From positions 320,001 to 384,000 of IMG/VR virus record IMGVR_UViG_3300020045_008999: 64,000 nt of DNA; one strand, given 5' to 3'. The stretch is from a virus (Duplodnaviria > Heunggongvirae > Uroviricota > Caudoviricetes). The notes beneath the pieces were generated by a model, which worked only from the letters and a program-made list of their open reading frames with translations, was not told the DNA's origin and searched no databases. Made by a program: the position numbers and the translations under genes. Shown piece by piece: positions 50,101 to 58,249 of this stretch. Positions within the stretch are counted from its first letter, which is position 1, and each line of letters begins with the position of its first letter.

Positions 50101-50639
50101 TATCCGGTTATTTTAGATTTGAATATAAACACAGTAGCGAATTTATCACTTAAATTTGTTAGATTTAAGACTCTATTATCATCACCTACTTGACTGGCAT
50201 CCAAATTGACTAAATTAATGAAGGCATCGGTATCTCTTTTCCAAAAACCAGTAGTATCAAAGAATTTTCTATAGGCACCACTCCTAGTAATATCATTACT
50301 AAAAATAGCTGATGTTGAAAGTGATTTATAATCAATTATATCTAGATTATCGTCAGTTAGTAATAGATTTATAGCATAAACTGGACTAGACTCTATTAAT
50401 TTACCAATGGTTCTGTGGAAAAAAGATCCTTTTCTTTCTAAATTTCTATCAATAGTTCCAAATATTTTATCAACGTCTCCGCTATTTGTTATTAATACTG
50501 GTGTGTTAACCGGTCCTTTTTTAGAAAACCCAATAACCATGGTTGAAAGTCCTTCAACAGTTGGACTAGATAACACTGAGTCATCTATCTCAACGCTAAA
50601 TATGCCTGGTCTTTTATACTTTCCAATTTGAATTGCCAT
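47154..50639 (-). CDS. Tail sheath protein (gp18-like), enlarged
   Basis: RPGIFSVEID...GFSKKGPVNTP N-terminus; C-terminal VPPA, AAGITNG, MNPIV, SFIHSRE, KCDDENNT. Confidence 0.9.
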   Translation of the reverse strand: MAIQIGKYKRPGIFSVEIDDSVLSSPTVEGLSTMVIGFSKKGPVNTPVLITNSGDVDKIFGTIDRNLERKGSFFHRTIGKLIESSPVYAINLLLTDDNLDIIDYKSLSTSAIFSNDITRSGAYRKFFDTTGFWKRDTDAFINLVNLDASQVGDDNRVLNLTNLSDKFATVFIFKSKITGYDRTLLEWYGSVDKLPTYLNQADWASDFMVDVMIIGGEWSDYATLSTDAKWSRYFNTSGLKKDQIYNFANDSLVNNLGFYEGLSLIPYFRNSNDTNVFIETVLNRDTDKTGIFCAFNSDLFETEVQNNKIDLIGNSIVGSGATAFNFLSYNEIIVEDIVYENTLLDRVGNVFTIGATAHAEPTTTNRTGFYAEGYVDGLTSVYTGATASVSVAFTSAPDAFAIIGENLVEFESKTFTFTGGTASFPESVGATASYKYAYKLNAAGVISQVGGVGLTTLPQVDATDIVLSTLEFSVIDGAMILNPNSFKDITVTNTTGFVDLILGTDYTITNVGSVASAELKIEFLNTSGSITTADYAKYRKLKAFNYLLSLVNSNNSSKAAIVLNTAFDKALFSSMSVKNITTNTINNKSVTIVTNLPAANLSYVLAGNLIVYKLDNEMILGTSMLSETNSVATTTNGVVSAWSDFSVNFQQGVINSGDYFKDGLNEVYLEMFDTVSGMVANFKTVEGGTYTTSTVTNTITVTSNKSNFKQTVEIEVPNNYDQISNKILVNAARYTEVKVGDFLESDWESTWLTSSDYDADREPRRMVRILSKRLYSGDNTLVEIVTDGGIKKTDYNGDLQTTRFTKLEDYVGAYNGITLKGFRVRSESMPDGTESRQNALLNLVSKGTPLFKAITNKEAIDFRYLVDGFGLGLTDFSKQQLVDICGKRLDVFGFINMPSLKSFKHSSSPSFTNDEGVLQMEYVAKGGNPESSPSFLYSFAEGDGVSAAGYFLPYLTVDDNGRPLDVPPAMFVASTYLRKSNSNVSTITPYTVAAGITNGRITGIAGVEELLSDEDIEFLNIAQMNPIVFKRNRGYVIETENTALTLYRSSLSFIHSRETLIELERDLAAMLLDFQWKTNTPEVRAEIKLRADIICGTYVNKGGLYTYFNKCDDENNTDELIDNQMGVLSTFVEITKNLAVIVNEVTILRTGAIQSSGFRIQ

Positions 50640-50662
50640 ATTGTATTGTTTTTATTTTATAG

Positions 50663-50672
50663 TATATATAAA
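50663..50672 (-). promoter_or_regulatory. Late-type promoter TTTATATATA (tail sheath)
   Basis: Variant copy before the ATG. Confidence 0.65.
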
Positions 50673-50738
50673 AATAAAAAATCCACTTTTTCCTTATTTT
50701 GAAGAAGTGGATACTTTATTTAATAATGTTTTATAATC

Positions 50739-51272
50739 TTAACTACCAATTGTTTTGCTATCAGATTTCATTTTATTTTGTAATTCTTTCATCTCATCAA
50801 TTGCTTTAGATTCTAACTCGGCCATTTCTTTCATAATGTCGTTTATCTTGGTCTTTTTATCCGCTATACTTGTCTCGATTCCCTTATTTTGTTCGATAAT
50901 TGTATCCTTTAAATCTGGATCCAAATTCATTTTTTTAGAATTTTCGGTTAATGAATTTTGTAACAAGTCTAGTTGTTTTTTTATGTTAAAGACTTGGCGA
51001 CTTTTTGATGCAACCGATGCCCAAGATGCTAGTAGTGGATTTGTGAATTGTACCCCATCCCCATCTTTATTAATAAGACCCTTTGAGAGTAATTTGCTTC
51101 TTAAATCTTTTTGATCTATGAAATCTCGATAAATAACATCAACTGAACTTTTCTTATTTTTGAATTCGGAAATCCAATCATTCATTTGATTTATTGAAAT
51201 TTTTGCAGATGATATGCTAGGATCCTCAGTTGGTGAAAGGTCGTAATTCTCGAATGTTTTTAAGTGTTTCAT
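50739..51272 (-). CDS. Coiled-coil protein (MKHLKTFENY N-terminus)
   Basis: 177-aa ORF. Confidence 0.7.
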   Translation of the reverse strand: MKHLKTFENYDLSPTEDPSISSAKISINQMNDWISEFKNKKSSVDVIYRDFIDQKDLRSKLLSKGLINKDGDGVQFTNPLLASWASVASKSRQVFNIKKQLDLLQNSLTENSKKMNLDPDLKDTIIEQNKGIETSIADKKTKINDIMKEMAELESKAIDEMKELQNKMKSDSKTIGS

Positions 51273-51275
51273 AAG

Positions 51276-53678
51276 CTATTTTTTATTATAATCTGAAAAC
51301 GTTTTGATTTTTTCATCAATAGGAGCATTATCAATCAATGTTCTTTTCAACATCATGCAAGCATCATGGTTGTAAGTTTCATTATCTTTAATGTCTATTC
51401 CATTATCTACTGCGGTAATTTCTTTTCCATTTTCTCTCAAAACTGAAACTGATGATATTTTAGTAATCATGAATTCAAGTACTTTACTTTCATCAATGCG
51501 TAATACATTTGATGGCATGATTCGTTTTTCCACTTTCATTGTCTGAGATTTGGTTTTACTACCATCTTTGAAAAAAATGTGGGATATTTTAGAAACCTTT
51601 CTACTAGGTTCATATCCTTCCGCATATTTTTTGATAATTTCATCGGATTGTGACATTTTGTATAACATATGTCCGTCAAATACCCCTAGCCCAACAAAAT
51701 AAAAATAATTATCAACCGATTTGCCTTCAACATTACCGGAAATTTTTAGCTTGTATATCAAATCTTCTTTAAATTCACCCAATACAGTGTCGAATGTGAA
51801 ATTACCACCAACTTTTTCAGATTTTATTTTCTCTTTCTCTATTGGTGCTTCTGTAATTGGGTATTTAGATGTTCTTCTTGATTCGTCTTTGTCGTTCAAG
51901 GTATCGGAAATTCCAAAATAGGTGTGTAAATATTTAGATTGGTTTCCTTTGAAAAACATTTTGGAATTATCCAATGAATCTGTCATGAATTTGGTGATTG
52001 GGTATTTACTTTTAATCAATTTGCCATTATCATCCACTAATTTAGCACCTTTTAGAATTTCTGAATTATTTTTGATTATTAATAATACACCATCATTCCA
52101 AGCTTGGAACAGTACATCATTTCTAAACGGACCAGTTCCTGGATTTGCAGGGTCAACCCCACCCCCATCAATTTTTGTCCATTTGTTAGATCTATTTACA
52201 TTTATTCTACCATTTGTTCTCGAGGATGGTATGTTATTTTTGACAATCAGTCTATTTGCCTTATTGAAAATACGAACAATTTCAATAACATCAATGACAC
52301 TTTTCTCAATCACAGTTGATAATTCTTCTTCATCTATATTGATTTCTTTAACTTTATCGGTAATTGATTGTAGATTTGCTTTTGCCAGTTTATCCATCTC
52401 TTCCTGAGTATTGTGTTCAATACCGTTATACATAATAGTCACTTTATTACCAAAACCACTTACTCTTATTTTGTTTTCCGAATTGTCTTTACTAAACAAA
52501 TTTGATAAAAAACTTTCCTTAATAATTTCAGTAGGCAAGTCAACATTTTCGGTTACTTTCTCAGATGATTTGTGAAATTCGATGATTTTGGACATAGTTA
52601 AATTAAACCGTTTTAGCGATTTTCCTAAATCACCCATTGCACCATAAAAATTACCATCCTCTAACTTGTTGGAAATTGAATAGAATGCTGCAATTTTTTC
52701 GGCAATCGTGTGTAATGTACTAGGGGTTTCTAATGACGATAATTCTTGGTGCCCTTTATAAACCGCAACGTAATTATATATCTCTGCATATAATTTTTTA
52801 ATACTTATTTTACTATCAGTATTATTTGCTTTGGATATATACCCACTTAATAATTTAGCATCAACCGCAATTCCTTTATTGTTAGTATCTGTTAATTTTT
52901 GTATTGCCCCACTAATAGAATGGTATGCATTTTTTAACTGTGAGTCTTCATTTCCAATTTCTACTTTTTCGCTTATAGTATGGTAGTCTGAAAATTTCAA
53001 AACAGTTAATGATTCCCCGATTGGTTGTGTATCGTTCTTAGTGACTTCTTTCCATGACCCACCTTTTACGACATGTTCCTTTGGGCTACTGTCTGGTGCT
53101 GCGTTATGGTTACCATTGGATGGTCTAGGGTTTCGTTTACCACCAATTATTTCAAATGTTAAATCATCTTTTGTTATTTCTAAAAGGGCTTTTAAATTAC
53201 TTACCATTGTTGGGTAAATTGAAGCCTCTTTAGTTGAGGGTATATCTTTATTATCATCATTCCCGTAATCGATAAGAGCTGCCAGGATGTCCTGTAATTC
53301 TTGTGGCAATGCATTTATGATATTTTCCAATTTATCTTCACCATTCTCTTCTGCTAGACTCTTTAAAATAGATTCGATTGTATTTGGTTTTTTCTTAACC
53401 CCCTCGATGATTGCATCAGTAATCCCTGCATTTTTTACGTCATTGATTGCATCTGATATATTTTCGTCTTTAGAAATTTCTTCCAACACTTTAGCATTTA
53501 TGGCAGCGTCTAATTGATTTAGAAGACTCGGAATTGCTATTTTTAGATCTAGTGCAAGTTTTGCATTTCTAAATATAGAGGAAAATATTCTGCCCGCCCA
53601 TGAGTCACCCCAGGTGATGTCATTTTCAAGTGCTTCGTTTACCATGCGATACTTACCTTGTTCTTTATATGTTCTCAT
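51276..53678 (-). CDS. Large hypothetical protein (probable head-internal/ejected protein)
   Basis: 800 aa; late-type motif upstream; VNEA, LKFSDY and IKTFSDY peptides. Confidence 0.65.
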   Translation of the reverse strand: MRTYKEQGKYRMVNEALENDITWGDSWAGRIFSSIFRNAKLALDLKIAIPSLLNQLDAAINAKVLEEISKDENISDAINDVKNAGITDAIIEGVKKKPNTIESILKSLAEENGEDKLENIINALPQELQDILAALIDYGNDDNKDIPSTKEASIYPTMVSNLKALLEITKDDLTFEIIGGKRNPRPSNGNHNAAPDSSPKEHVVKGGSWKEVTKNDTQPIGESLTVLKFSDYHTISEKVEIGNEDSQLKNAYHSISGAIQKLTDTNNKGIAVDAKLLSGYISKANNTDSKISIKKLYAEIYNYVAVYKGHQELSSLETPSTLHTIAEKIAAFYSISNKLEDGNFYGAMGDLGKSLKRFNLTMSKIIEFHKSSEKVTENVDLPTEIIKESFLSNLFSKDNSENKIRVSGFGNKVTIMYNGIEHNTQEEMDKLAKANLQSITDKVKEINIDEEELSTVIEKSVIDVIEIVRIFNKANRLIVKNNIPSSRTNGRINVNRSNKWTKIDGGGVDPANPGTGPFRNDVLFQAWNDGVLLIIKNNSEILKGAKLVDDNGKLIKSKYPITKFMTDSLDNSKMFFKGNQSKYLHTYFGISDTLNDKDESRRTSKYPITEAPIEKEKIKSEKVGGNFTFDTVLGEFKEDLIYKLKISGNVEGKSVDNYFYFVGLGVFDGHMLYKMSQSDEIIKKYAEGYEPSRKVSKISHIFFKDGSKTKSQTMKVEKRIMPSNVLRIDESKVLEFMITKISSVSVLRENGKEITAVDNGIDIKDNETYNHDACMMLKRTLIDNAPIDEKIKTFSDYNKK

Positions 53679-53783
53679 TTACGTGAATTATTTTATAGGC
53701 TATATATTAATTTTCCTCTTTATATAATTGGTTTGTATGCATATTTTTACTATATTTGTAATCAAATCAAATTATTTTGTATT

Positions 53784-54740
53784 ATGGAAAATGGTAAAAT
53801 TATTTCAATAGATGAGACAAGTTTAAAATGTTCCCTTTTCAAAGCATTAGAAGAGAATGGATATAATGGGATGATTGGTAATTTAGTTATCAATGAACAC
53901 AATCCTAGCGCACCCGTATTATACAATCAAGTGATTAATGAGAATGATTGTAACTATTTCAAAAGAGTATTACTTACCAATACAATACACTCATCTTCAC
54001 CCATCATAGTTGGGTACCGAATTAAACTCGGTTTTAGTGATTGTATTTTGCGTGATTTTGACATGAGTGGTGACTTTGCAATTAGTAGTGGGTTTAGTAA
54101 ATTAGTTTTAAATAACCCACCAAGTAGAATCCGTTTAGATAGTTCAGGAAATACCCACAAATCAAAAAATGTACATCAAATATTAAATCAGGACCAGTTT
54201 ATCACATTGGACATCAGTAGGAAAGATTTGACTAGTACATTAAGTCAGTTTAATATTGATCGAAATAAAATCATATTAAATTATGGTAGTACAAATTATG
54301 AGATTGTTAATTTAAGAAATTTATACGATAATTGTATTGATTTGGTGTCATTATATAAAATAGGTGAGTACTATTTACTCATATCCACTTCGGTTAAGAC
54401 CAAAATGCACAAACGTAAATTGATTTATAATCAGGGTTTTTTGAATTATCTTATAAACATGGATGATACTCAACTAGGTAAACAACCCGATCATAGTATT
54501 AAAACAAATGTAAATTTACCGGACTCGAATGTAAAGTCTGAAAAAATATTTGACCCAAGAGTGATAAGACCGTCATGTCCAAAACGCCGAGGTCCTATAG
54601 TGAGTGTTGAAGACAGAAGTGCGTTATGGGTTGATAAAATGCCGGGCGTAAATTACTTAAATCAGTTACTTGATAAGATTTCAAAAGACGGTTTTGATTC
54701 ACTATCCACTGATGAACAATCATTTTTGGAAAATATGTAA
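53784..54740 (+). CDS. Hypothetical protein with C-terminal DUF6576-like motif
   Basis: LNQLLDKISKDGFDSLSTDEQSFL; start placed after TATATTTG. Confidence 0.7.
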   Translation: MENGKIISIDETSLKCSLFKALEENGYNGMIGNLVINEHNPSAPVLYNQVINENDCNYFKRVLLTNTIHSSSPIIVGYRIKLGFSDCILRDFDMSGDFAISSGFSKLVLNNPPSRIRLDSSGNTHKSKNVHQILNQDQFITLDISRKDLTSTLSQFNIDRNKIILNYGSTNYEIVNLRNLYDNCIDLVSLYKIGEYYLLISTSVKTKMHKRKLIYNQGFLNYLINMDDTQLGKQPDHSIKTNVNLPDSNVKSEKIFDPRVIRPSCPKRRGPIVSVEDRSALWVDKMPGVNYLNQLLDKISKDGFDSLSTDEQSFLENM

Positions 54741-54756
54741 ATAATCAGTTTAATAT

Positions 54757-54790
54757 AAAAATCCTCTGCTTTTAGTAGGGGATTTTTTTT
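54757..54790 (+). terminator. Intrinsic terminator
   Basis: AAAAATCCTCTGCT-TTT-AGTAGGGGATTTTTTTT (with G-U pairs). Confidence 0.7.
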
Positions 54791-54896
54791 GATACAAAAT
54801 ATTAATTTAACGTAATAAAATATTATAAAATCCATATCAATAGGAAAGTGGTAATGGATATTGAATATATAGATAGTAAAAAAGATTTAATACGCA

Positions 54897-55169
54897 ATGC
54901 GATATGCTGGGCTTTATTATAAAAATAACAGAATTATTGATAATCATATTATTGATGATATTCTACAAAAGGAAGGATTGTCTTGGCTACTGGACTGCGA
55001 ACTAGAGAATGCTGAGATTGAAATTAAAAATGCTACTATTATTTGGAAATCAGGAACACTATATAGTGGTAGGTGGCACTATGGCATATGGGAAAATGGC
55101 ACATTTCATGGCATATGGGAAAATGGCATATGGGTAAATGGTGATAAACTGGGTAAATTTCTAAGTTAA
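54897..55169 (+). CDS. Small Trp/Gly-repeat (GxWxN) protein
   Basis: WKSGTLYSGRWHYGIWENGTFHGIWENGIWVNG; 21-nt direct repeat at 55081 and 55108. Confidence 0.7.
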   Translation: MRYAGLYYKNNRIIDNHIIDDILQKEGLSWLLDCELENAEIEIKNATIIWKSGTLYSGRWHYGIWENGTFHGIWENGIWVNGDKLGKFLS

Positions 55170-55214
55170 TGACCGATCCGAGGTAAGAAATAAATAAAAA
55201 TAATCAACGTAATT

Positions 55215-55655
55215 ATGAGTGGGAAAAAACGACAATTGGGAATTGATATACAAATTCTGAATAAATATACCACAATAATAACCGAAGAAAGTGGTCAAAT
55301 GTTTTTCGAAATTGGAAATGAAGTTACGAATGATATTGCCGAAGCAGTTGCCCTATTAATCGAAAAAAAGATAGATGATCCAACTATATGGGATATTCGA
55401 ATTGGCGTAAATCGTGAAATATCACCCATTAAAAGCTTATATTGGATTATGGGTGGTGATAAAATTTGGGGATCTGGTAAAGGTCGCATTGATGGATGGG
55501 GTATTTGTGGGTCTATATTTGAAGAAGAATTTGGTGATGATATTACGTACATAGTCAAAAATTCAGTTAAATTATCAGATGTGCGTGATGCATTTGTTGC
55601 TAAATTGTTAATATTACGTAAAGATCATAAAAAATATTATAAGTATTGTGGTTAG
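55215..55655 (+). CDS. Hypothetical protein
   Basis: 146-aa ORF. Confidence 0.65.
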   Translation: MSGKKRQLGIDIQILNKYTTIITEESGQMFFEIGNEVTNDIAEAVALLIEKKIDDPTIWDIRIGVNREISPIKSLYWIMGGDKIWGSGKGRIDGWGICGSIFEEEFGDDITYIVKNSVKLSDVRDAFVAKLLILRKDHKKYYKYCG

Positions 55656-55675
55656 TATAATTAATATATAGTACT

Positions 55676-56530
55676 ATGAAAGCACATTTTTTTGACATTG
55701 ATACATTATTAATTATGGATACTAAAGCTTGGATCATATCTAAATCTGATCCGAGTAAGGCTATTATGAAATTAAATAAATCAGAGTTTAATATTATTAA
55801 AAGTGGGTTATATCGCTCACAAAATAATCGGGTGGATTTCAATGGTAATATATTTTGGTTACCGGATTCTCTAATGTCCAAATTAATGGTGCTGATTAAA
55901 AAACGCAAACTTAAACTATCGGATATGGCAATTTCTTTACGTGAATTTATTGATGAGGAAATAATAAACGATAAAGAGTTCACACTTGATATGCGACTTA
56001 TAAAAACAATTAAGAATACTGGTGATGATGTGTATATAATTTGTCCCAAGGAAACTAAGCAATCACACGCACGTGTTATTGAGCGAATTATAGAACGTCT
56101 CAAAGAAGATGGGATTAGTATTAAAAAGTTCTATCATATTTCAGAAACATTTTATAACCAAACCGAAGATATAATTGAGTATAAAAAATTAGGCCTTTTT
56201 GTTCAACATCTAATTGGATATAAAACTAATGATAGAAAGTTTATTAATGAGGAGTTAGTTAGATATGATACATTATCTTATTATGGTAATGATAAAACAG
56301 CCTGTGCTTATGCCGATAAAATAAATCAAACCTTTAGAGAGTTATATGTCAAAAGTGATGAGGTGTTAAAGTCTATTATTAAAGAAGATATTATACTTGA
56401 TCGACCACATTTTATAGCGAATCAGGTGACCGATAATCATATGAATAGTGTTCTCACATCCGAAACTACTATAAGTATTAATTCTTTTATAAAGAATTCA
56501 ATTATGTATAAAAAAGAAGAATCTAAATAG
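55676..56530 (+). CDS. HAD-fold-like hypothetical protein
   Basis: N-terminal HFFDID; later motifs degenerate. Confidence 0.5.
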   Translation: MKAHFFDIDTLLIMDTKAWIISKSDPSKAIMKLNKSEFNIIKSGLYRSQNNRVDFNGNIFWLPDSLMSKLMVLIKKRKLKLSDMAISLREFIDEEIINDKEFTLDMRLIKTIKNTGDDVYIICPKETKQSHARVIERIIERLKEDGISIKKFYHISETFYNQTEDIIEYKKLGLFVQHLIGYKTNDRKFINEELVRYDTLSYYGNDKTACAYADKINQTFRELYVKSDEVLKSIIKEDIILDRPHFIANQVTDNHMNSVLTSETTISINSFIKNSIMYKKEESK

Positions 56531-56544
56531 ATTCTTCTTTTTTT
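56510..56544. terminator. Bidirectional intrinsic terminator
   Basis: AAAAAAGAAGAATCTA-AA-TAGATTCTTCTTTTTT. Confidence 0.8.
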
Positions 56545-57175
56545 ATAACATCGGTCCAGATCCGTTTGATTTGCCAAATTTTAAATATTTTTCCATCATA
56601 TCATTCATTGCCCGATTGTCCATCACTTTTGTATTTTCAGTACTTTCATCTTCTGGTGTTTCCAATGATTCTGAAATGTCATTCATACCTAAATCCTTCC
56701 TCATTATTTTATAAAATGATTCTAATGATGTACGTTGGGTTGTAGAAAATTTAATATTTTCACGCATTTGAGTAAATGTATTATTTACTACCTCATGCAT
56801 TCTACTTGAATTGTCCCCATTATCAATTTGTCTCATCAACGTCAGTAAGTTCTTTTTGGTCATTCTTTTTAAAAATAGTGTCTCCGCATATATCTCAGCG
56901 TCTTCATTCATTTTATTCTGAATGTATGGGTGATTTTTGATTGCTTCAGAATCACCTAAAAAAAGATCTACTAATGACGAAACCACATCCGACGCTTTTT
57001 CAGAACATTCAGCAGCGTCGATATCATAATTATAAATATCTATATCCCCAAGATCCGGTAAATATTCTTCGTGGTTTGTTAAGTATTTGGGGATGTTAAT
57101 TCCCCCGGATATTTGTTCAATGCGCTCATATTCTGCCTTAAGACTGGATAATTTTTCTTCGTTCTTTTTAGACAT
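56543..57175 (-). CDS. Putative terminase small subunit (gp16-like)
   Basis: Helical; SSRMHEVV resembles gp16 PRAYEVA; divergent from TerL. Confidence 0.55.
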   Translation of the reverse strand: MSKKNEEKLSSLKAEYERIEQISGGINIPKYLTNHEEYLPDLGDIDIYNYDIDAAECSEKASDVVSSLVDLFLGDSEAIKNHPYIQNKMNEDAEIYAETLFLKRMTKKNLLTLMRQIDNGDNSSRMHEVVNNTFTQMRENIKFSTTQRTSLESFYKIMRKDLGMNDISESLETPEDESTENTKVMDNRAMNDMMEKYLKFGKSNGSGPML

Positions 57176-57229
57176 AAAATTAGTTTAGTTTATACTATAT
57201 ATAAAAATATGCAAATGTGATTTTTATTA

Positions 57230-57239
57230 TTAATATATA
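57230..57239 (+). promoter_or_regulatory. Late-type promoter TTAATATATA (terL)
   Basis: Exact copy; a divergent variant at 57196-57205 serves terS. Confidence 0.7.
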
Positions 57240-57262
57240 TAATCAAAATAACCCAATTAAAA

Positions 57263-57778
57263 ATGGCCGCAGCTAAGGAGAAGCAAATGGTTTTTACCGC
57301 CAAATTGGTAGAAGAAATGACAAATAAACTCAATGATGGGGTAATTTTAAAACGATACGAAAACCCTTGGATGAAGAGTGAAATCGGTATTAGGCGAGCG
57401 GGTGTTACATATGCATTTACTGAACATGAGATTGAGGAATATGTTAAATGTTCACAGGATATTCATTATTTCACTGAGAAATATTGTAAAGTGAAAACTG
57501 AGGATGGTAGTATTGGTGCAATAAAACTACGTGATTACCAGAAAGATATAATGGATAATTTCGTCAGTAATCGATTTAATATATTGATGGCCAGTCGTCA
57601 AGTTGGTAAATGTAGTTCATTAGAAACCAATGTTACATGCCAAATTGTTGATAAAAATGGTGAGGTCAGTCAGCAAGAAATCCCATTGTATAAATTGTTA
57701 TTTATCTGCAAATCGAGAAGAACAGTAGTGGATTATATTAGGTATGTAATTTATTTCATTATTGGCCTATTATCATAG
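57263..57778 (+). CDS. Terminase large subunit N-terminal fragment + N-intein
   Basis: EYVKCSQDIHYFTEKY, LRDYQ, ASRQVGK then intein block A starting at Cys (57611). Confidence 0.92.
   Translation: MAAAKEKQMVFTAKLVEEMTNKLNDGVILKRYENPWMKSEIGIRRAGVTYAFTEHEIEEYVKCSQDIHYFTEKYCKVKTEDGSIGAIKLRDYQKDIMDNFVSNRFNILMASRQVGKCSSLETNVTCQIVDKNGEVSQQEIPLYKLLFICKSRRTVVDYIRYVIYFIIGLLS
57611..57775 (+). mobile_element. Split intein N-fragment (55 aa)
   Basis: CSSLETNVTC...EIPLYKLL directly after the Walker A Lys. Confidence 0.85.
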
Positions 57779-57802
57779 GTATGTTGGAAAATAAATAATA
57801 AA

Positions 57803-58249
57803 ATGTTAGAAATAAAACAACTAGTTGTACATTGTTTGTATAAACTTTTAGAGATTATCGAGTATTTTGAGTTGCGTGACAGGGACCTGAATGAAGATGA
57901 TGATAGTAAAAAAATAATACAATCTAATTTAGTGTCTGGGTATAAGGTACTAACCGATACTGGATATGTAGATATTGAAGAAATTAATCAAACACAACCG
58001 TATCGAGTACACCGAGTATGGTTGGAAAATGGGCTTTACTTAGATTGTGCAAGTAATCATATTTTATATACTAGTGAATATAAGGAAGTATTTGTATCTG
58101 AATTGGTCATTGGGGACTTTATCATTACTAAGGATGGGCCAGTTAAGGTTATTGATGTTATTAAAATGCCTTATAAATTAACGATGGGTGATTTGAGTGT
58201 TGATCATCCCAATCAACGATATTATACTAATGATATTTTATCACATAAT
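57803..58249 (+). mobile_element. Split intein C-fragment (149 aa, no homing endonuclease)
   Basis: KVLTDTGY, block B LDCASNH, block F/G DLSV...YYTNDILSHN. Confidence 0.9.

Noticed and set aside
55081-55141. 21-nt direct repeat as a DGR or CRISPR element
   Set aside because: In-frame coding repeat (GIWENG); no reverse transcriptase or spacer pattern.
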